Source: an uncultured Acetobacteraceae bacterium
GTDB taxonomy: Bacteria > Pseudomonadota > Alphaproteobacteria > Acetobacterales > Acetobacteraceae
NCBI GenBank assembly: GCA_903895595.1
Contig: CAITUP010000098.1
Coordinates: forward strand, 1,933-65,932
Length of the DNA: 64,000 nucleotides
Direction: 5' to 3'
The first letter of the stretch is position 1. Each line of letters starts with the position of its first letter. The notes beneath the pieces were generated by a model. That model saw only the letters and a program-made list of their open reading frames with translations. It did not search any database and was not told the origin of the DNA. The translations under genes were made by a program, and so were the position numbers. Of this stretch, positions 57,700 through 64,000 are shown piece by piece.

Positions 57700-58790
57700 T
57701 TACCATCCGGTCGGTCACCCCGTTCTTCAAACAGGTCAGTCCCAAAACGATCTGGTGCTTCGTTCGCGTCCTCGCCGATGACGGCACCGAGGGCTGGGGG
57801 GAGGCTACCGTCAACGGCCAGGCCCCCGCCGTTGGGGCGGAAATCCAACGCCAGCACGCGGCGCTGGCCGGCACGAACGCTGTCCTCGCAGACGGCATCC
57901 GTCCGCTGACGCGGAGCAAGATCGGCTGGGCGGCGGCCTCGGCCATCGATCAGGCGCTTTGGGACATCGCGGCGCAACGCGAGGGACAATCGCTGGCCGC
58001 GTTGCTGAGCACTGCTGCCACGACCGACGTCCCCCTCTACGCCAACATCAATCGCGGCACGCTGGATCGTTCGCCCTTCGGCTTCGCGGCCACCGCCGCC
58101 GCGGCCGTCGACGCCGGGTTCACCGCCATCAAAATGGCTCCCTTCGACGACCTGACGCCCGAGAACGCCGGCACCATCGACGGGATGGTCCATATCCAGA
58201 ACGGCCTCGACCGCATCGCGGCGGCGTACGATGCCATCGGCCCGGGCGCGAAACTGATGGTGGACTGCCACTGGCGCTTCACCCCGGCGACCGCGGAGGC
58301 CGCGTTGCGCGAAGCCGCGCGCATCGGGATTTCCTGGTTCGAATGCCCGCTGCCCGAAGCGCCGGACACCATCGCGGCGGTCCGGAAACTGCGCGGTATC
58401 GCCAACGCCGCCGGGGTGCAACTGGCGGGGATGGAAGAATTCTCCACTGTCGCGGCTTTCCTACCCTGGGTGGACGCCTACGACGTCATGATGCCCGACG
58501 TGAAATACGCTGGCGGCCTGAGCGAAACCTTCCGCATCGCCGAAGCCCTGCGCGCCCGCGGCGTCGGCGTGTCGCTGCACAACCCCACGGGGTCGGTCTG
58601 TCACGCCGTCAGTCTGCACGTCTCGGCGGCGTTGCAGACAGGATTGCCGCTGGAGGTCCAATGGGCCGAGACCGATCTGCTGTTCGATCTGCCACCCAAG
58701 CATCTGCCGCGCCCCCGTAACGGCCGTTCGGCTCTTCCGGCCGGCCAGGGACATGGCGCCCGCCTGTCCGTCGGCGACCTGACGCCATGA
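57696..58790 (+). CDS. mandelate racemase/muconate lactonizing (enolase superfamily) enzyme
   Basis: GWGEAT, SAIDQALWDI, AIKM.PF, LMVDCHW, WFECP, GMEE, MPDV, SLHNP; TTGA overlap with polA. Confidence 0.88.
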   Translation: MITIRSVTPFFKQVSPKTIWCFVRVLADDGTEGWGEATVNGQAPAVGAEIQRQHAALAGTNAVLADGIRPLTRSKIGWAAASAIDQALWDIAAQREGQSLAALLSTAATTDVPLYANINRGTLDRSPFGFAATAAAAVDAGFTAIKMAPFDDLTPENAGTIDGMVHIQNGLDRIAAAYDAIGPGAKLMVDCHWRFTPATAEAALREAARIGISWFECPLPEAPDTIAAVRKLRGIANAAGVQLAGMEEFSTVAAFLPWVDAYDVMMPDVKYAGGLSETFRIAEALRARGVGVSLHNPTGSVCHAVSLHVSAALQTGLPLEVQWAETDLLFDLPPKHLPRPRNGRSALPAGQGHGARLSVGDLTP

Positions 58791-58952
58791 GCGGCATAAG
58801 CAACGCCGGGAAATTTCCCGGGCGGCGAGTCTGGTATCGATCCGAGGTCTATCGGTTCTGGCCGCTTGAAAATCCCCTCGTTCGGTCCAACCGTTTTCAA
58901 AAGAATATTTACCTAAAACTAACCGCGCGTCAATAGAAATCCACATGCGCCG

Positions 58953-59054
58953 CAGGGGGATCGCATATGGCGGATTTCCAACACTTTCCGTCATGGTCGG
59001 GTCAAGCCCGACCATGACGAGCGGGGGCGCCAAAGGTCATATGCGATAGCCCTG
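58953..59054. mobile_element. second, internally collapsed MITE copy with 10-bp target-site duplication
   Basis: TIRs CAGGGGGATCGCATATG / CATATGCGATAGCCCTG; ACATGCGCCG at 58943-58952 and 59055-59064; internal perfect hairpin CGTCATGGTCGGG-TCAAG-CCCGACCATGACG. Confidence 0.9.
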
Positions 59055-59076
59055 ACATGCGCCGTCGTTCATGGCG

Positions 59077-59271
59077 TTACCGCGCTTCGGTCTGCGCGAA
59101 CCCCGCGCACCGATCCCGGGGCGATTGGATCGTGTCGTGCACGCGGCATAACCCGTCGTCCCCGCCCACCGATGCGAACGCCGACCCCAGCACCGTCAAC
59201 CCCGGCACCGCGGCCTCGATCCGGTCCCGACCCGTTTCGAACCACCGGCATCGCGCGCAGGCCGGGGTCAT
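59077..59271 (-). CDS. small Cys-rich protein (CxxC...C...C), possible metal/Fe-S binding
   Basis: MTPACARCRWF...GLCRVH...RDRCAGF; ATGA overlap with upstream transporter stop. Confidence 0.62.
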   Translation of the reverse strand: MTPACARCRWFETGRDRIEAAVPGLTVLGSAFASVGGDDGLCRVHDTIQSPRDRCAGFAQTEAR

Positions 59272-60602
59272 CGGCCGATCGCGGTCCAGTAGGAACCGAA
59301 GACGACCGCCGACAGGATGTAGCCGAGGATCAGGTTCACCGCGACGCCGGCCGAAAACGCCACGAACGCGTTGCCTGTGACCGGCGCCATCGCCCGAATG
59401 CGCAGCGATGTGCCGATGCTGAGGAAGCTGAACGTAAACAGCCAGTTGCGCATGGTCTCGACCGGCGCCAGCAGACCCGGCCGCAGCGTGCCGAAATTGC
59501 CGCCCGGGAACCATTTGCTGGCAACCGTAATCGCCACCGAGGCCAGGAAGAACCCCAGAATGAACTTCGGAAACCGGGTCCAAATCTGCGACAGATCGGC
59601 ACCATGGTGGGTTTCCGAAGGTTCCCACCGCAACAGGGACACCAGCGACAAGCTCGCCGCCCACACACCGATCCACATGTCCCGGCCGATGATTTTCACC
59701 AGCGTATAGGCTTGCAGGGATTGCTCCGGCGCGCCGGAAATGGCGATCCGGCCGAATGTCTGCGCCGCCGCGTACCCGGCCGCGTCGGCATATTCCGATG
59801 TGCCGATCCACGCGCCGCCGACGCCAGACGGCAGCCACCAGGCCCAGGCCAGCAGCGGCAGCACCACGATCATGACAAGCGCCCAGCCCACCACCATCGT
59901 TGTCGCGACCGATATATCCTCCCGCTTCGCTCGGACCGCGCCCGCGATCGCCACGATGGCGGAGATGCCGCAGATCGATCCACCGCCGGCCAGTAACGCC
60001 GAAAGCCGCCGTTCCAGCTTCAGGAAGCGGGCCGTCGTGTAGATCACGGCGAAGGTGACGACCGACCCGATCGAGGCCTGCGCCAGAGCCACCGGTCCGG
60101 CCTGCATGATGATGGGCAACGGCAGCGAAGCGCCCAGCAGCACCACCCCGATCTTCAGATAAAACTCCGCCCGTAGGCCGGTTTCCATCCAGGCCGGCAG
60201 CTTCGCGACATTGCCCAGGATCAGCCCCAACACCAGCGCGATCAGCGGCGTCTCGATATACATCTGCCGGCTGTTGCGCCAAGCGGAGGCGAACAGGATC
60301 AGGATCGACAGCACATAGACAACCGCGAAGCTCGCGGCAAAGCGGCTCGGCCGGTACCCGATATTGGCGGCGGCGGCGGTCAGGCAGACGAGCAACACCA
60401 ATCCAAGCCCAACATACCGCAGTAGGTCGGCGATGGCTTGGCCCCACCCATCGGACAGCCCGTCCCAAACCCCCGGCGCGGAGATCAGGCGGTTCAGGTC
60501 GAAGCTGGCGAAGCATGCGCCAACGGCCACCGCGATGATCGCCAATCCAAGGATCAGCGCCCACCAATCCTCCGACAGGGAACCGCCCGTCCGAACAGTC
60601 AT
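59268..60602 (-). CDS. YeiH family putative sulfate exporter
   Basis: SEDWW, EFYLKIGVVLLGA, GGSICGISA.VA.AGA, WIGTSE...A.GYAA, VKIIGRD.WIG, RFPKFILGF. Confidence 0.88.
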   Translation of the reverse strand: MTVRTGGSLSEDWWALILGLAIIAVAVGACFASFDLNRLISAPGVWDGLSDGWGQAIADLLRYVGLGLVLLVCLTAAAANIGYRPSRFAASFAVVYVLSILILFASAWRNSRQMYIETPLIALVLGLILGNVAKLPAWMETGLRAEFYLKIGVVLLGASLPLPIIMQAGPVALAQASIGSVVTFAVIYTTARFLKLERRLSALLAGGGSICGISAIVAIAGAVRAKREDISVATTMVVGWALVMIVVLPLLAWAWWLPSGVGGAWIGTSEYADAAGYAAAQTFGRIAISGAPEQSLQAYTLVKIIGRDMWIGVWAASLSLVSLLRWEPSETHHGADLSQIWTRFPKFILGFFLASVAITVASKWFPGGNFGTLRPGLLAPVETMRNWLFTFSFLSIGTSLRIRAMAPVTGNAFVAFSAGVAVNLILGYILSAVVFGSYWTAIGR

Positions 60603-60799
60603 GGAAAACGAGCTTCGTCCAGCATGCTTGCCTTGTAGCTCAGGGTTTCCGCGTCGCGAAAGGGGGGCACTCGCCGATTCGGAGGGCGCCGATCACGATC
60701 GTGTTTCCCGCCCGGCTGACACGCGGTACAGGCTATGGACCTCCGGCCGGAAATCGGCTTTTTCGGCCCGAACCTCGCGAAGCCCCAAGGAATCCCTGT

Positions 60800-61786
60800 A
60801 TGCCCCGTCGTTTCCTCGTGACCGGCGGCGCCGGCTATGTCGGCAGCCATCTGGTCGCGGCCCTGCTCGACCGGAACGACGATGTCACCGTGTACGACAA
60901 CCTCAGCACCGGCCACCGCACCGCCGTTCTGCACGGCGCGCGCCTGATCGAGGCGGACCTCGGCGACGCATCGGCCCTGGACGCCGCCCTCGCCGATGGC
61001 CCCTGGGACGCGGTGTTCCATTTCGCCTCGCTCTCCCAGGTCGGGGAATCGATGCGGGCGCCGCTGCGCTACCTGATGGAGAACGTCGGTAACGGTATGC
61101 GCCTGATCGACGCCTGCGTGCGCCATGGCGTGCCGCGCTTCGTGCTGTCCTCCACCGCTGCCCTGTTCAACGTGGCCGGCGATGCCGCGATCCCAGAGGA
61201 CGCCCCGGTCGACCCGCAATCGGCCTACGGCGACAGCAAGTGGATGATCGAGCGTACGCTCCGCTGGGCCAGCGCCGTTCACGGCCTGCGTTCGGCCTGC
61301 CTGCGCTACTTCAACGCCGCCGGCGCCGACCCAGCCGGACGGCTGGGGGAGGATCACCGGCCGGAAAGCCACCTGATGCCTTTGGCCATCGATGCCGCTT
61401 TGGGCCGCCGGCCGGCACTGACGGTGTTCGGCTCCGATTACCCCACGCGGGACGGCACCTGTGTGCGCGACTACATCCATGTCACCGATCTGGCGTCGGC
61501 GCATCTCCTGGCGCTGGACGCCCTGGTCGGCGGCGACATCCGCTGGAACCTGGGCAATGGCGCCGGCTACTCGGTGCTGGAGGTTCTTCAGGCGATCGAA
61601 CGCGTGGCCGGCCGGGCAGTACCGCATACGCTGGCCGACCGGCGGGCAGGGGACGCGGCATCGTTGGTAGCCTCGGCCGAACCGGCGCTCCGGGCCGGGT
61701 GGGAACCCCGTCACGCCGGGCTGGACGACATCGTGCGCACCGCTTTGACGTGGCGGGCAGCGCACCCCAACGGCTACGGAAACTGA
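60800..61786 (+). CDS. galE: UDP-glucose 4-epimerase
   Basis: LVTGGAGYVGSH, DNLSTGH, HFAS.SQVGES, LRYFNAAGAD, GEDH.PESHL, GTCVRDYIHV.DLA. Confidence 0.93.
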   Translation: MPRRFLVTGGAGYVGSHLVAALLDRNDDVTVYDNLSTGHRTAVLHGARLIEADLGDASALDAALADGPWDAVFHFASLSQVGESMRAPLRYLMENVGNGMRLIDACVRHGVPRFVLSSTAALFNVAGDAAIPEDAPVDPQSAYGDSKWMIERTLRWASAVHGLRSACLRYFNAAGADPAGRLGEDHRPESHLMPLAIDAALGRRPALTVFGSDYPTRDGTCVRDYIHVTDLASAHLLALDALVGGDIRWNLGNGAGYSVLEVLQAIERVAGRAVPHTLADRRAGDAASLVASAEPALRAGWEPRHAGLDDIVRTALTWRAAHPNGYGN

Positions 61787-61796
61787 ACCCGTCAGG

Positions 61797-62939
61797 TCAG
61801 GACTGAGCCTCTGGCGACAGTACGATGCAATTGGCTTTGCCGCGCGACAGTTTCTGGCATGCCTGCACCGCGGCTTCCCGAGACAGGCCGGTCAGGCGGG
61901 CCCGCCACAGCGTGCCCTTGGCCTGCTGCACCGCCCCCACGTAAGGATGCGCCACCGCCAATTCCGGCCGGGCGCGATCCCGGGCCTGGCCGAGCGCGGT
62001 CTGGGCTTGGGTCTGATTGGCGTAGGCTCCGACCTGGATCGCCCATTGACCCGTGGCGCTGCCGGTATGGCGGAACGGCACCGGCTCCGCCGCGTTGGCA
62101 GAGGGAATCAGCGCGAACGTGCTGCGCGCCGGCGGTGGCGCCACAGGCGTGAAGCGCGGCGGTTCCGGCTGCGCGGTGGCCATCCGAACCGGCTCAGGCG
62201 CGACGGGGACGGGGAGCGCCGCGGCTACGATCGGCCCACGGCTGGGCACCCGGCCCGATCCGCCAGACGACGCGAATTGCGCGTTGCGGCCATAGCGCAG
62301 ACCCGGCGCGATGCGGATCGGCAGGTCGTTCATCGCGTAGGACTCAGCCGGCGACGGGGTCTTCGGCCGGGCGGTCTGCAAATTCGGCCCGATCATCGCG
62401 ACGTAGCGGCGGGTTTCGTCCGGCAGCGGCCGGTTGTTGGCAAGGTAGTCGTCCAAACGCGCCGGGCCGGCATTGTAGGCGGCGAGGAACCCGGGGGCCC
62501 CGTAGATGTCGTACATTTCCCGCATGTAGGCGACGCCGGCCATGATGTTGTCATGCGGATCGAACGGATCGTCGCCGAGGTTATGACGTGCCCGCAACTC
62601 GTCGTAGGTGCCCGGCATGACCTGCATCAGGCCCATGGCGCCGGCCCCGGACGTGATCAACTGCCCATTCTGGTATTGCCTGCCACCGGATTCCACCCGC
62701 ATCAATGAACGGATCCAGGCGTCGGGCACGTCGAACCGAGCAGATGCCTCCCGCACGTAGGGACCCCAGGGGTCTTCCGGCGGGCCGGGCGGGGTGTAGT
62801 TGCCGTGCGTCCGGGTATAATGCGCATGCCCGCCGGACGCGGTACCGCCCCCGCTTTGGCTGCACGCCGCGAGCAGGGCCAGGGCCAAAAGGGCGCCGGA
62901 GGCCCTGAACAGGGCGGAAAGACGATTCGGCGAGGTCAT
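61797..62939 (-). CDS. lytic transglycosylase (SLT) lipoprotein with C-terminal SPOR domain
   Basis: lipobox LLAAC; VESGG, GAMGLMQVMP, AAYNAGP; WAIQVGAY SPOR motif. Confidence 0.9.
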   Translation of the reverse strand: MTSPNRLSALFRASGALLALALLAACSQSGGGTASGGHAHYTRTHGNYTPPGPPEDPWGPYVREASARFDVPDAWIRSLMRVESGGRQYQNGQLITSGAGAMGLMQVMPGTYDELRARHNLGDDPFDPHDNIMAGVAYMREMYDIYGAPGFLAAYNAGPARLDDYLANNRPLPDETRRYVAMIGPNLQTARPKTPSPAESYAMNDLPIRIAPGLRYGRNAQFASSGGSGRVPSRGPIVAAALPVPVAPEPVRMATAQPEPPRFTPVAPPPARSTFALIPSANAAEPVPFRHTGSATGQWAIQVGAYANQTQAQTALGQARDRARPELAVAHPYVGAVQQAKGTLWRARLTGLSREAAVQACQKLSRGKANCIVLSPEAQS

Positions 62940-63177
62940 CGGTGGTCTTCTCCGTCGCATCGTGGCCGTGTCTGACAGGCTGTCCGAACAACCCATACGT
63001 GCAAATGAACAGCACGGTGGGACGGCGCTGAGGTAAACAATCAGCAAAGGCGTCTAACCCCTTATCCCCAACCGCAGTTTCAGGCAAGGGCTGAAATATG
63101 CGATGGTTAATGCGGCGCGGTTATGGCGAAAACACCCCTTCGGCCCTTTCGGTCGAGGACAAAGGAGGGCAGGGCGT

Positions 63178-63504
63178 ATGCGATCGACGGCTTTCGGTGC
63201 GGCGTTGGCGGTTGCGACATTGGCCTCCTGCGCCCCCGGCGGGCCATCCGTCGCACCCAGGGATACGAAAAACCCCGCCCAGGCCATCGTTTTAACCGCG
63301 CGTCCCATACCGGCCGGCGATGCTCGGGCGGCGGACCTGCTGCGGGCCGGCGCCCTGCGGCCCGACGCGGCCGCGACGGAATATGTCGTGCGCACCGCCG
63401 ACGGTGCCACTCTTGCCATCGTGCAGGCCGCCAACCCGGCCCTACGCCCCGGCGCCGCGGTCACCGTCCTGCGAGAAGAACGGGCGACCCTCGCCGCGCG
63501 GTAG
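63178..63504 (+). CDS. small lipoprotein, hypothetical
   Basis: lipobox LASC; EYVVRTADG.TLAIVQ...L.PG..V C-terminal motif. Confidence 0.65.
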   Translation: MRSTAFGAALAVATLASCAPGGPSVAPRDTKNPAQAIVLTARPIPAGDARAADLLRAGALRPDAAATEYVVRTADGATLAIVQAANPALRPGAAVTVLREERATLAAR

Positions 63505-63582
63505 GCCCGCCGACTGGGCCGTCGCGGTGACGCGAGTTGGTCCCCGGAACAAGTCGGGGGGGGGCAGGGCTATGCCACGGCC

Positions 63583-64000
63583 TCACGCCACCCCGCCGAG
63601 AGAACCGCTTTCCTCACGTTGTATGGCCTCTTGCCCACGCTTCGCCGCCAATTCCATTCGCTCCAACGCGGTCCCGGCGGCAAGCTCCTCGTCCTTCATC
63701 TGCCGCGCCAGCTTCCCTTTGCTGCGGTCCAGCAGCCCCACCAGGTACGAGGTCTCGCGTTTCAGCGAATCTTTCCGCGGCTGTTTGCCGTATGGCCAGG
63801 TCATCTTGTCCATCACCTCCTCGAAGTGCGCGTGGAAGGTAGCGACGATCTGCTGTTCCTCGGCGTTCCGCTGCGGCTCCGGCTTGCGCAGGACCGCGAC
63901 CAAGCCGGTCTCCGGCGCGACCTCCGGCTCACGGCGTATAGGGTCTTGCGCACCGGTCAGGATCGGCGCCTGCCGCAACGGCTCCGGCGGCGGCGCGTCG
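63583..64000 (-). CDS. hypothetical protein, 3' part only (5' end beyond the window)
   Basis: open frame from the window edge to the stop at 63583, typical high-GC codon usage. Confidence 0.5.
   Translation of the reverse strand, partial: DAPPPEPLRQAPILTGAQDPIRREPEVAPETGLVAVLRKPEPQRNAEEQQIVATFHAHFEEVMDKMTWPYGKQPRKDSLKRETSYLVGLLDRSKGKLARQMKDEELAAGTALERMELAAKRGQEAIQREESGSLGGVA

Noticed and set aside
58790-58945. AT-rich intergenic patch as a separate gene or sRNA
   Set aside because: Only a weak promoter-like match and no terminator or conserved ORF can be supported from sequence alone

Overview
GC-rich alphaproteobacterial chromosome segment. Gene content and order (yfgM-bamB-der, zf-CHCC-polA, glpX-recJ, motB-motA) suggest Rhodospirillales/Acetobacteraceae; this is an inference. 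It holds housekeeping genes (glpX, recJ, cysS, trmJ, der, polA, ppk2, galE, tRNA-Glu, tRNA-Ser), scattered flagellar genes (flgD, fliK, motB, motA), and many transporters and oxidoreductases. Two accessory blocks stand out. (1) 30.5-33.4 kb is a diversity-generating retroelement (DGR) cassette. A TIR-domain / unknown helical / FGE-sulfatase (C-type-lectin fold) gene, split by a 1-base frameshift, carries a C-terminal variable region (32595-32708). Its template repeat lies 321 bp downstream (32916-33029), and 12 of 13 mismatches fall on template adenines. IMH-like ends and downstream hairpins are present, no reverse transcriptase or Avd gene is in the window, and the cassette sits between two inverted REP arms. 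(2) 43.3-49.3 kb is a type III restriction-modification pair whose methyltransferase has an in-frame TGA, bracketed by two toxin-antitoxin-like pairs. The window also has a REP/REPIN-like palindrome family, two CAGGG-ended MITEs with perfect 10-bp target duplications, and CtrA-like boxes. Three apparent single-base deletions (TIR fusion, res stop, polA start) could be assembly errors. All protein calls come from recognising motifs by eye, not from database searches.
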